Positions 43,091-55,379 of a stretch of 64,000 nt of DNA are shown here, one piece after another; the first letter of the stretch is position 1; each line of letters begins with the position of its first letter. The notes under the pieces were generated by a model. That model was not told where the DNA came from. It worked only from the letters and a program-made list of their open reading frames with translations, and made no database searches. This DNA is from Podarcis erhardii. Lineage: Eukaryota. The DNA lies in assembly GCA_964252035.1 (NCBI GenBank), contig OZ176211.1; one strand, written 5' to 3'. A program made the translations under genes and the position numbers.

Positions 43091-43910
43091 GCTTGAACAG
43101 TTTTAAAGGCTGTATGAAAAGTCTTCCATAGAATGTGAAAGCCTGCACATGCAGGCACATTTAGCAGTGATTTGGTTCAAACATCTTTATCAGTTTTTCA
43201 TCAATACCACTACTTACCTTATTTGGATTCATAAAATAAAATAGCTGCATCAACTCCCTGCTCCCACATTCTGCCTCTCTTACAATGCAGGCTTACAGGC
43301 TGCTGCCTCTGCCGAAGCAGTCATAGTTTTGTGAAAGGGACGGTTGTGTGTAAAAGGAATCAAAGTGTAAAAGTGACCCAAGTGTAATCCAAATTGCTCA
43401 TTACATTTAATGGGACCTGCTAGAGCAAGTAGGAGGCAGCTATCAATAGCTACCCAGAAACCACCTCGCAGGGTTGTTGTGAGGATCAAACGGATTGGGG
43501 AGCTCTCTGGAGGAAGTCGCACGACTGGGTCTGTTGATTTGAAACAGGATCGCATTTGGTGGGTGGGGGAGAAGAGTTAAAGGCCCCTTCCACCCATGCT
43601 GTGCTCTCACTCTGGATCAGAGACCCGTCTGTAGTTTGATTTTTCAAAAATCCTACATGACCACATGACTAGTGCCAGACCTAGTTTGGGCCTTATTGTA
43701 GGTTACCAATGCATGCTAAACCAATGTGTTCAGACTTTGATTAGTGGTAGTGTAAAATATGTTGACTGTTTTAAAATGCTTCGTTTCTTTACTGTTTTGA
43801 GGCGAAGTATTTTAAATGTTAAACTGTTTGTGAAACGGGATATGAAAGTGGTAACAGCAGACATGTTCAACAAATCATGTAACCTAATCCTTTTATTATT
43901 TCCTAATCCA

Positions 43911-43983
43911 AGTGGATAGTTCAGTTGGTTAGAGCATGGTGTCGATAATGCTAAGGCTGCAAGTTCGATCCCTATACGGGACA
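43911..43983 (+). pseudogene. tRNA-Ile-like pseudogene or truncated SINE head
   Basis: gtggatagttcagttggttagagcatggtgtcgataatgctaaggctgcaagttcgatccctatacgggaca follows vertebrate tRNA-Ile; many differences are C>T/G>A changes, several at CpG; acceptor stem broken. Confidence 0.75.
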
Positions 43984-46015
43984 TGGATGATTCTCAGATG
44001 AACTCTATGCTTCTATAACAGATACAAAGAAATGCACATCAGCACAGGCTGTTTCTGAGCTTATTTAGTGACTCTTCCTCACGTAGCAACCTCTACTTGC
44101 CTGTAACATTACTTTTCTTCCCAGCGGGTTCTTCCAAGCATTACACAAACATGCACAAACAAATTGTGTGTGTGACAAACAATAGGCACATTATTCTCAA
44201 TCACCCACCCTTCATCCTAAGTTCCCAATGTGGGTTATAACAATTTAAACACAGCGTAAAAAAGTTTTAAACAGCTTACATCACGTTACATCTAAAAACA
44301 TACGTCTCAAGTGTCAAAAGCCAGGGTAAAAAGGTGTGTCTTTATGAGCAGAGGTGAACACTCATCAAGTAAATTGAGCTATACCTTTTTCATTTTCTTT
44401 TTTCTTTTATTTTAAATGTAGTTCGAAGGACCCTTCAAGTTAAGCTCTTTACATATTAAAAGGCTTAAGAGACAAGACCCCCTCTGTCCTAACCAACAAC
44501 AGAGATGTTGCCTCACCTTTCATCCCAGGCTAAATTGCAGTTACACATTTTCTGAAACAGAGCTGCCGGTGTAAAAATAGTTACCTAATGTAACAGGCTC
44601 CACTTCCGAGGCATACACTACAATGATATATGGACTGCAAATATGCAACAGAAAACCATCACTCAACAGCTCACTCTAATGGTCGTCTCTAATCCACTAA
44701 TACATTTTGTGAAGGATAAAACGGCACCAGGGTAACAACAGTGAGGACTGTGGAGACCGGTGAATGCTGATCATCAACCAGAAGGTGTAGGGTACAGGCA
44801 CTACAAAGCCTTCATCCTTTTCTGAATGCATGCTATTTTAAACTAAGTAGTCTGGAAGTAATACATTTTCAGCACTCTGCAGCAGGTGCTAAAACCTGCA
44901 GTACAGCCAGAAAGTGGTACATTAGCTTCTTTAAACTTCTTGTAGTCAAGCAGAGGGAGCAAGAAAACAAAGGAGTGGCCACAGTTAATTTCTCTCCACT
45001 CCAGACTGCCACCTATCACCAAAAATGGGAAGGAAGCATAGTTGTTTCTTTCAGCAGGTTTTAATTTTTTTATTTTGCAAAACCAATACCTCCAAGGTTT
45101 GTCAGAAAGGGCACTGAAGCTAATTTTTCTATTTTGGAAGTTTTTCTGTGTAATGGCGGGGGTGGGGGGTTAGTTGGTTGGTTGGTAAGGCAACAGGGGT
45201 AATAATCTGCTTCAGTGTTACATTTAGTTTCCTATGGATTGGCCTCAAAATAAGTATGAGTTTCCTGCATACCACTGTGACCTGGTATCAAACAACCCTC
45301 AGAGAATCAAATTGAGAAAGGAGTATTTCTTTTAAAGTGCTAGGATCTATAACGTTCTAGCCAAAGGGAGCTGTTCCTGCTGTTCAACATACTGAGACAA
45401 GAATTTAAGAAAACTGATCTCTCCCAATGATCTTTATGACAGATTGTTATTTTAAATCTGAAGACTAAGGAACTAAAAAACAAAACAAAAACAATTTGAC
45501 TATACCAAGTATAGAGTCAGAGAGTGATAAACACTTTGATCGAAACATTTTATCCCAAAGCTGTCCAAGCAGAGAGCAGGATGGCAAAAAATTATGAGTT
45601 AAAGATGACAAAATAATAAAAACTAGAAAGGTTTTTAGATACAACGCTGCTCACCTTGGGGAGAACACTAGCCAGTTCAAACCTGTCTTTTCAGAAATAA
45701 ACTACCACCTTACAGGGAAGTGATCAGAAGCAAATTTCTGAGCAACCACGACTACTGTCTCCATATTCACAGGAAACACCACACAACAGAAGCCCTGTTT
45801 AGATATTTAAACTTGCTCGTTCTCCACTAGGTGAGTGGGGATGTGCTAAATAATTCTATTCCTCCATCCCATTCCTGAAAGTCCCATAGTACTCCACATG
45901 TTGAGGCTGAATTTATGCAATTGTGCAGATTCCCCACTTGATTTAGTATCTAGGTTCTAAATCACAGGAGGAGCCTGAGGACCACCAGCTCCCACTACAA
46001 ACTTTCACCCTACAA

Positions 46016-46151
46016 CAGGCTTCCTCAACCTCAGCCCTCCAGATGTTTTTGGCCTACAACCCCCATGATCGCTAGCTAGCAGGACCAGTGGTCAGGGATG
46101 ATGGGAATTGTAGCCTCAAAACATCTGGAGAGCCGAGGTTGAGGAAGCCTG
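46016..46151. mobile_element. hAT-Charlie-type palindromic MITE
   Basis: Perfect 17-bp TIR caggcttcctcaacctc and perfect 8-bp TSD ccctacaa (46008-46015, 46152-46159). Confidence 0.95.
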
Positions 46152-48999
46152 CCCTACAATGTAGATGGGCCTGTCATGGTGATGTGATGTGATGTAGTGG
46201 GCTTAGTATGTGTATACCTGCTGTACCCTACTTGCATAATTGAGAACACAAGTTTATAAACATCTGAACAGAGATATAGCTTAGAGAAAAATCTCATCAA
46301 CTGTCTTCCCCACCATACATGGCTTAGGACATTCGTCACAATAATACATTTTGAATGCGTTAAAAACATCCAACACCAGAGAGCAAAATGGAATTTATAC
46401 GGATTGTTATATAGCCCCCCCCCCTTTTGTGGTAACAATTTAATTTCTGGCTTGTTTATAGCGTTTTTAACCTGTGTCTAGATCCACCCTTAATTTCCCC
46501 CCAGTAAGAGTTAGTTTTAACTTTCGTTAACATAGATGTAAAACCGATTCACAATGAGCTCCACCACAGATTACTATAAAATGCACAGTATTTTGTAGTA
46601 ATGAATCTCTTCCTGTGACACATGCATGCATCCACATGGATACCAAGTAGTTCTGGTGTCAGGACACCTACACAGATACATTCAACTCCCATGCAAATTA
46701 CACCTGAAATAATATTTAGATGACATCATATGAATGTGAAACCATTAGTAATGCATTTTAGGTTCAAAAGCGGCAGGATTTAAAAATCCTTCCTTTCTAA
46801 CTAAAATAAAAGTGGAGAAATATCAGAGGACAAGGGCATGTAAATTGATTAGTGATGTGAACAAATAAACTCAATGCATGCTTTTTAAGTACCACACAAA
46901 AGGAGAGCACTTGGATGAAAAAGAAACTTGAGGAAATAGGAATCCTAACATTATTGCTTTTGGGAAACAAAGTTGCTTAGCATCTTAAGTTTATAGTGGC
47001 ATGAGATTACCTGTTGCAACAGGCTTAACAGCACTACTCTTCCAGAGTTCATAAGTTTGCAGCATGACTCCTCTTCAGGAATTCACATTTAACATGCAAA
47101 AGAACAAGCGGTAGTGATCTGGGTGAGCCCCAGCTAATGTGTAATTGATGTTAAGCAGTTTCCGTGTGTATAGGGATGGGAACTCTCATCAAGTAAAGCA
47201 GCCCCTTTCAGATTAATGACACTCATACATTAGCCAGGCACACTCTGCAGCCAATGCAGTGTAACCGGGGGCGGGGGTAGGGCTTGACAGACTGCTTGCC
47301 CCTTGTGAGTTCAAACAAAATGCCTTAAAATGGTGAAGATTCTCAATCATTCCAAGTGCCTGTAAATTTCAGATGAGACAGGATATGGAACATTTGTCTT
47401 ACCTATTGAATGCTTTGAAATTATATACCAAACCATTCTGCACATCAAACATTATCCGCGCAGACCAGTACGCATTTGAGCTGGTAAATGAGGAAAAAGG
47501 GAGGCAATTTGTGTGTACAAATGAAAGGGAATCTCCGCATCACAGTATGAGACTCAAAAGGATGAAGTCAAAACTTCTGTCAAGAAAGAAGTATTTTTTT
47601 CTTCCTTGGCCATAGATAGGTGTATTACTTTAGGTTATGCAAGTATGTATTGTATAAGCACTTATGCTTAAGCCTAACGATGCTTAATGATAGAAAGTTT
47701 GGGTTGTACATACTTGCTCCTCTTTGTTTTCCAAGTAAATATCATGCATTCTAATGCTTTTATTTAATTTAAAGTTTTGTGGTGGGTGCCTTCCAGTTCA
47801 TTCCTTACACCAAGATTTGAAAAGCATACTCAACTCAGAAGCTACACACAGTATTGTAGTATGGTTGACCATTAGTTAGTTGTACCACAAAGTGGTGTTT
47901 GCTCCCAGAAAGGACAACTAGGGAAAAGAAAATGTTTGCCTGTTTTTAAATACTGAGTTTTCCTGGAATTTTGGTACTCTTGCAAGACAAACCAAAAAGT
48001 GAGGCGGGAGAAGGTGATGTGGGAGTCATGACTTTTTTAGCGTCTTGCAGTGTATGGGGCAATGGCAATTGCTCCCACCAAGGATGTAACACACACCAAG
48101 ATGCCAGTTCTCCCTTTGCCCCAGTGATTCCTGCTTCTCTTCAGTGTGGGACCTGTCTTTGGCCAGCTGAGGGCTCAACCCCTCCATGCTGTTTTCTGAT
48201 ACCCATATTTACATGCAGCATGAGAGCTATGCACATACACAGCTCCTGTTGATTCTAGGGAGCAGCTTTCTTCTAACTAATAATAATTATTATTTTTGCA
48301 TGCCCATAGGCTCTCTCCCATTTATTGGATTGCCATCTTGCCCTATGTCTCCATCCATTTTGCTGTTTGATATATCTGCACACTCACTTTACTAATATAG
48401 GGAGTGATACACCAGAGCTTAATTCCTCAATTCTTTTTCCATGTGCTGAATTTCAGTGTCCATAGTTTTAGGAAAGATGCTGTTGGATCTCTCTCCAGAA
48501 GCAGACTCATATGTTTTATTGTGCACACCGCTACCCCAACTCTAAATCTTAGGGTTGGTTCCAGTCTAATTAGCTGAAATTGATGGGACTTAAAGAGCAG
48601 CTAACCTAGGTTGGATCCAATACCAAGATTTCAGGAAATACTACTTGTTAATTCCTTGCAAGAAACTTAACATATCTAACCAATTGTATTAAATGCTGAA
48701 ACACTGCACTGGTAGAATTTAAATTTATTTTGAGAAGCAAAATAATAGTTTTGAAATCCATAGCACCAAACAGAACCTGCTTAACCATAATTTTATTTCC
48801 ATATAGAACTGCTGAGAACAGATCAAATATTTTCTACGCCCAGTAAATTAGGCCTGTCCTGATTATGGGGCAAACATAAGAACGTTTTCCAGTCAATTTA
48901 ATATTAACCAAATTTCAAATGTCATCCATATTAGCACTGTGATTATATTAAACACATGCCAAGGTGAAATTTGTAGCATACGAGAATTTTGTTTTTTCA

Positions 49000-49530
49000 A
49001 AGACTTCCCTCCAATGTTTTTTATTATTATTAAATCACTGCATTGAGAAAATGAGTGAAAATGCTCTGGTTTAAGAGCATGCACTGACTTGGGCTATAAC
49101 TGAAGATACAGAACAACACTTTCTTCCTCAAAAGTAATAGGCAGAAAGATGAACAGTTCATTAAAATAGTAGATTTCTACTGAAACACAACATGCAGGGC
49201 TTTAACACACTTCTGTTTTCCTTCCCCATTACGTTCAACAAAAATCCACTTGCTTTAAAAAAAAATTCACAAAACGTATTACCACTTTGGGTTTCCTATT
49301 TAGTTTTCGCTTAAAGATATTTAAGTACATAAAGCTACAACAATTACACCAGGAGTATTACAATAAGAAGAGATGGAAAACTGGTATTTCAACTGAAAAT
49401 ACATATATTCTAAATGAACCAAGGACCTTTTAATAGGGTTTCAGATAACTGCAGGGGATCTATAGGGAAAGCGAAGTTCGGAACTTGCTGTTTAAAAATT
49501 GTATTTGCAACTGTGACTAGCTTCTCTTCT
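49000..49530 (-). other. TRA2A: TRA2A 3' UTR (approximate), AATAAA at 49020-49025
   Basis: Follows the stop codon; repeat-free and U-rich. Minus-strand AATAAA about 510 nt past the stop, and an ATTAAA variant at 49429-49434. The true cleavage site cannot be determined from sequence alone. Confidence 0.6.
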
Positions 49531-49541
49531 TCAATAGCGCC
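49531..49541 (-). CDS. TRA2A: TRA2A terminal coding exon 8 (RRY-stop)
   Basis: tctctcttctttctttcag|GG CGC TAT TGA completes the canonical Tra2 C-terminus SPRRY*. Visible CDS totals 798 nt, a multiple of 3. Confidence 0.95.
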
Positions 49542-49955
49542 CTGAAAGAAAGAAGAGAGAACACTGTAACCATCAGTTCATAATTCCATATTCATTTGTT
49601 TCTCCTTCCACCCAGTATCAGTGCATTCCCCTTCTGTCACACTTCAATTTGCTAAAAACAACTTCTACTAGATACAAATGGTTTACTTAGGGTTGCAATC
49701 CTATGGTCCTTGTGAAGGTGTTGCACGCGCTATAGGATTTTGCGGATCCCCGTCTGCAAGTGGAGAGGGAGATCCACAGACGGAACAGGAGCTCTGAACA
49801 TGGTATCCTTGCTACTGTCTAATCACTAGAGGATATCCATAAGGCAAATTGGAAAGACTTTTTAAAGGGGGTGGGGCGGGCGGTAAGCCTGGCAGTGCTT
49901 TGATTTGATGTTTCCTCTGCTGTAACCGCTCTGGTGAGACTGCTGTTATACTTAC

Positions 49956-50023
49956 TTGGGCTGTAGGAACGGGATCTTGACCGTGATCTGTAACGACTAT
50001 AGTAAGGTGAAGGTGATCGCCTC
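49956..50023 (-). CDS. TRA2A: TRA2A coding exon 7 (RS2 domain)
   Basis: cttcaaag|G AGG CGA TCA...AGC CCA A|gtaagt = RRSPSPYYSRYRSRSRSRSYSP; 68 nt, phase 2 to 1. Confidence 0.96.
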
Positions 50024-51584
50024 CTTTGAAGAAAGTATACAAATCCATTTGTTAGCATTTGTCAAGAGTTTAAAAAATATTGTCAAATAATTTGTACAGC
50101 ATACACATTTTTACCAAATGGAAGAACCAAGCTTCATTTGCATGGTTTCTTTCTCCCCCACAGAATATTGGACAAATTTAAAGACACCTATTTTTAAATA
50201 ATATTCCACAGTGATTTAAGGTGCTGATTAATATGGAAACATTGTTTTTACAAGCCATAAGACATTAACAGATTAAGAGAAAACACATACACACACACAC
50301 AAACCTCTTTTTCACATAAGTCTGTATCTTTAAGCTCTCATAAGTATCTACTGTTATACCTGACCAAATGTAAGGCAGACTAATTTCTGGGTACCATACT
50401 CATATGGGCATGTTATTTTCACCCTCAAACGTGCTCCTGCAGCTGCAACAAATAGTGGTTCTTGTGCCAAAGAAACCTGGAGTTGAAAGGGACTACAAAG
50501 ATAATCTAGTCCTCCTCAACCCAGTCATTTCAACACCAACGTCATATGGCACACTAAGTTGTAATACTACATAAACACAACTTGCTATCCAAGCTCCCTG
50601 GTTAGAAGAAAGGTTGGATAAGTTTGATTTTCAGAGAGATGTAACTAGACTGGTGTGAAAAAAACACATATATGATTACAACATGCTACTGTAAACTGTT
50701 GACCATAGGTTAGCTTTTATATGGAATAGTTTTAATTCCCTGTTTTATCAGGTACTGGGTTTTTTTGTTTTCTCGGTTCTAAGATGTTTAAGCTATTTTA
50801 CTTGGCTGATTTGGCTTTAATTATTTCGTTTCAAAATATTTATTGTTATATGCTTTGAGACTACTGCAGAGTTTGTAAAACAGGCTAAACATGCTTTAAT
50901 AAATTGGAAAGCAGTTATATGGATGCAATAATCTTATTTGCAACAAACCATAAATCACTATACAAACTATAGATCACTATATGAACTAACAGAATTTTTG
51001 AAGACTATAAACTTATCTCAAAATTTCTATCCCTAGGGGCTCCTTGAGGGCTAAAATTAGTGGGGCCCACCAGTCACAAAATGGTAGTGGAAGGATGGAG
51101 CCAGCAATTAAATGATGGATGAACCCAGAGATTAGCACAATTGCCTGGCAATTACAGACATTTTCTATTGACATTTAACCCTTCTTTAGAAACAGCTCAA
51201 TCCTATGCCAGAGCAATCTTCTTGCAGCAGGGAGCTCTAGTACTGACATGACTTTGGATCAGCAAATTCTGCTTAAAGCAGGGAGGGTAAGTGAAGGCAG
51301 ATTTTAATATTCTTATCCCAACCACCCATGTTTCATCCGTTTTCTGTGTTCCTTTCACATTATTTCCTCTTCCTAAAACAGCTACCCACTCTTATCCCTT
51401 TCCCTAGTTTATTACTACTTTTGAAATATAAACCTTTCATCTAGTTTGCCAGCAAACCAAACAGGAATAAAGGGGGGGACTGGTATGTGTGTCCAGAAGA
51501 CAAAGAAGCATAGGGACCAGAAGGCTCTACAGCAATCCAAAGCTTCTCCTTTTCTTCTTGCTCAGTCTGCTTGTCCCTTTAGAC

Positions 51585-51722
51585 CAGGAAAAGGCAAACT
51601 CTGGCCCTCCAGATGTTTTGAGACTACAATTCCCATAAACCCTGACGACTGGTCCTGTTAGATAAGGATGATGGGAGTTGTAGGCCAAAAACACCTGGAG
51701 GGCCGGAGTTTGCCTATGCCTG
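51585..51722. mobile_element. hAT-Charlie-type palindromic MITE in TRA2A intron 6
   Basis: TIR caggaaaaggcaaactctggccctccag / ctggagggccggagtttgcctatgcctg; TSD ctttagac / ctttagaa. Confidence 0.92.
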
Positions 51723-51930
51723 CTTTAGAACCCATCTTTCCCATTCACTCTCCCCTCACACTCAGTGGGCCACACGATCCCTTTCTTCTTTTACCTTCTT
51801 CTCCCACTTTGCATACTACAGCCTCACTCTGTAACCAGCTCCTGCCCATGTGTCTGCCTATGCCTATGCAATGTTCATGCTTGTGACAAAGATTTCCTCT
51901 GAGCCTTTTCATTTAAATCAGAATGCATAC

Positions 51931-52050
51931 CTGTAACGGTAATCATATTCTTCGTATCTGTCATAGCCTCGGTCATATCCTCTGTCGTAATAGGAATCAC
52001 GGCGACGGCCAGCTCCTCCGCCTCCTCCTCCTCCGCCACCACCTCCACTA
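51931..52050 (-). CDS. TRA2A: TRA2A coding exon 6 (poly-Gly and DRGYD repeats)
   Basis: aaaaaag|T AGT GGA GGT...CGT TAC AG|gtatgc = S-G11-AGRRRDSYYDRGYDRGYDRYEEYDYRY(R); 120 nt. The 5' boundary could instead be 52047 (tandem acceptor). Confidence 0.95.
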
Positions 52051-52540
52051 CTTTTTTGGGAGGGAAGACAAGATGCATTATGCAAAATATTAGGATTTCT
52101 CTTATTTCAAGAAAAAAAAAAAACCCCAAATTTTTAACATTTAAACATGCAGCTCGCAGGGTTTCCCATTCAAGGTATTACTCGGGTCCACAGACTGGCT
52201 TAAGCTACAGGATTAGATAGCTCTTTAGACCATTCAACGGGCAGAGTTCACATTTAAAAAGTTATCCAGAACTGTCTGCCTTTAATTGTATTTGTAATTA
52301 TTGTTCACAGTGCATTGTAATGCATGCTACTCAGCAACAGTGAGTTATGAGGTGGCATGAAAATAATGACAATAAGTTTAAAGAACATGAAACAAATGGA
52401 TTTTTAAAAGGAATTTCTTGAGTAAGACAGTGATTAGCCTATGAAGAGACAGAACTATTGCATTTATTGACAACATAGTTTCTTCTGAATCACAGACTCT
52501 AAAATGCAGTTCTTCTGATTAAGCCAGGAAAACTCCTTAC

Positions 52541-52656
52541 TGGGTTGGCCTGCCCATGTAGATTCCAGGGGTGGGCGTGTGTGCTCTCTTTGTGATAGAA
52601 TAATCCACCCGGATTCTCCTGCCATCCAGCTCCATTCCATTTGCATGTTCCATTGC
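52541..52656 (-). CDS. TRA2A: TRA2A coding exon 5 (RRM second part plus Tra2 linker)
   Basis: ctttgcag|GCA ATG GAA CAT...CCA ACC CA|gtaagg = [38 protein letters not shown](H); 116 nt, phase 0 to 2. Confidence 0.98.
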
Positions 52657-53766
52657 CTGCAAAGAAGGCAGGCACTTTAGTTCCAGCAACAAGAAATTAG
52701 TGCTTATTCTCATTAAGCAAAATCAGCTTGTCTTAGTTATTAGTTATTAGTATCCTGCTAATTAGTATTAGTATCCTGCTAATCAGTGGACCGTCTTTTC
52801 TCTAGCAGAGAGAATTAAAATGTCTCCACTGACTTGGGGCATTAAAGTTAGTGAAATAGGATCCCTTTTAAAGCCAGCACCCTGCTAAGAAGCTGATGCA
52901 TTCCTGACACTTTGCTTTTAAAGCTCCAAAAAAAGGTAAACGGGGAGCCATTTCCCTTGAAGCAAAGGGACCGCACACTAGTGTGGCTTCCTGCAGGGTG
53001 CACATGGCTGGGTTACTACTGCTGTTCAGCTGCCATTTCATGCTTTCTCTGTCTCCTACCATCTCACCTACAAGGACCTATTCCAGCAGAGCTTAGTAAA
53101 ATGGCAGGTTCAGCCTATACGACTTCCTAATTACTCACTCACCACATGGCAGTTCACTCAAACAATACATTAAGGAACTGACTCCACATCAGGCTCTATC
53201 TCCAACACACTCTCATGGATGTTATATGCTTTGCCTCAATTAACAGTGAGTTTTTAGCTCTATCCTTAATCATGCAAATTAGACAGCATCAATAATTTAC
53301 GATCAGATGATATAATGATGATTTATTAAATTTCTATACCACCTGTCACTTGAAGATCACAGGGCAGTTCACAATATAAAAACACTAAAATACATTCAAA
53401 GAAAAATAATACCCCTATTTTATTATTAATAATCCATGAGCAAATTTACATAAAAGGTTTGACCCTTGATCCCTTTTGTGTGTGTGGTGGTGGTGGAGAT
53501 TCTTGGTTGCTACCTACTCCATGTCTGTTGATGCAAATATTTTCCTTTTTTCTTTTTGCTTAATATGGACTGGAGAAAATATATGGCACTGCTTTTCCAC
53601 AAATGCTTCTGGAAGTACTAGCAAAGAGTTTGTTTATCTACAGCAGATAGGCTCTACAGCAACCATCATGCTTGCAGTTGTTCAAGAATGCCACAGTATG
53701 CCTTTTTGTGAGCAGGCGACCCCTTCTGTGGACAAAATAGTAGCTTTCGACCCAACCTAAACATTA

Positions 53767-53970
53767 CAGTTGTACCTCGGAAGTTGAACAGAATCCAAAA
53801 ACCAAAGTGTGGCTTCTGATTGGCTGCAGGAAGCTCCTTCAGCCAATCAGAAGCCTCGTCAGATGTTTGGGTTCCAAAAGAATGTTCGAAAACCGGAACA
53901 CTCACTTCAGGTTTTTGATTGTTTGGGAGCAGGAACATCTGACTCCCAAAGCGTTCGGGAGGTACGACTG
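53767..53970. mobile_element. Tigger-type MITE, same family as 12140, in TRA2A intron 4
   Basis: TA-CAGTTGTACCTC ... GAGGTACGACTG-TA; shares cagccaatcagaagcc and ggcttctgatt motifs with 12140. Confidence 0.85.
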
Positions 53971-55190
53971 TATTACATTTTTGGCACTGGACTTTTGTTT
54001 AACTCCAGCCCTAGAAAAAAGGCTTAATCATAATTTAGGGCCTAAACTAGGGGAAAATCAAGATCCACATGTTTACTGTTTACATTGTAAGAAATTAAAA
54101 ATAAAAACAAGAACATTCTACACTTTGATTCAGTACAGTACTTCAAATGTGATTAAATGTGGGCTATATCGCCACCTAGTGATTTCTTTCTATCACTGAA
54201 ACACAGCAAACACTATTTTAAAGAATCTTCTCTCACCAAAAGGTTCATGCTACAAGAACAAATGAAATTCCTGAATCAATGCATCATAGATTATAGCACT
54301 ATTCATACTAATATACATAGTTCCTCCAAGACAACTTGGAAAATGCTATTATGCAAAGGAACACCAACAAAGACTACCATTCAAATTTCATACCTTTATC
54401 AAACAGCTTCACATAAGTACTGACACATCATCAACACAGTCTCCGGAATCAAACAAATCCAAATGACATAGCATAGGTTTTTTGTTTTTGTTTTTTAAAA
54501 AAGAGCCTGAAGTACATCATCCCCCTCATGAATGAGGCACAACCAAGTAAATTTAAGAAGTACAGTAACCAGATCAATTTTCATATTATATATGACTGTG
54601 TACTTTAAACCCGAGGAAACATTCTCAGTCAAAATTATGTATTACAGCAGCCACACGATTTGATTAAAACTATATTACTACTATGCTGATTTGAAGCTAA
54701 AAAATTGAAATTTAATTTTTAATGCCAGTTTATTTTTCAGAAGCTTATGCTTCTCCTCTCTCAAATGCAGTTTTTTCAAATGCCTAGTTTGAAATCCTGG
54801 TTAGTGTTTACATTTATCAGGTATAACCCTACAGTATGGTTAAGAGGAAATTTACATACAAGTGAGCACACCGAGTACACTCTCACAGTCTTCATTTAGT
54901 CTTGATTATTGTTAGCAATCAGGAGGTAGGTCTGCACTGGACAACTGTGGCTGATTCACAGATTTATACAGTACTATTACAACTTTTTTAAAAGAGAGAG
55001 AGTGTGTGTGTGTGCTGAATTTGCCTTTCATTATATGCTTATGTTCTGCCTTGGCCCCAAGGCTTGTGTGACTCCTCCAGGCCTCTCAAATGACCTGGAA
55101 GTCTCCAGGGAATCTCAACTCTGTGGGGAAACCTCTACGGCCACATAATCACTGGTAAACTTTGCAACCTTCCCAACTTAATAAATTTAC

Positions 55191-55379
55191 CTCTTTAGAA
55201 TCATCTATTCTTTCAAAGTAAACAAAAGCAAATCCTCTTGATCGTCCAGTTCGTTGATCATAAACCACATTGACACCGCTCAAAGGTCCGTAACGAGAGA
55301 AGACTTCACGAAGATCCCTCTCAGTAGTATACAAACTGAGGCCAAACACGCCAAGGCATGTATTAGGATCTGGATTAGC
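55191..55379 (-). CDS. TRA2A: TRA2A coding exon 4 (RRM, first part)
   Basis: ttttttag|GCT AAT CCA...TCT AAA GAG|gtaaat = [63 protein letters not shown]; RNP2 and RNP1 (RGFAFVYF); 189 nt. [19 protein letters not shown] is the TRA2A rather than the TRA2B version. Confidence 0.98.

Noticed and set aside
43911-43983. Functional tRNA-Ile gene
   Set aside because: Acceptor and anticodon stems are disrupted by CpG-type decay; listed as a pseudogene or SINE head.
45824-45836. CTCF-like sites (ccactaggtgagt here; also near 3549 and 61227)
   Set aside because: Each lacks key core positions; such partial matches are expected by chance.
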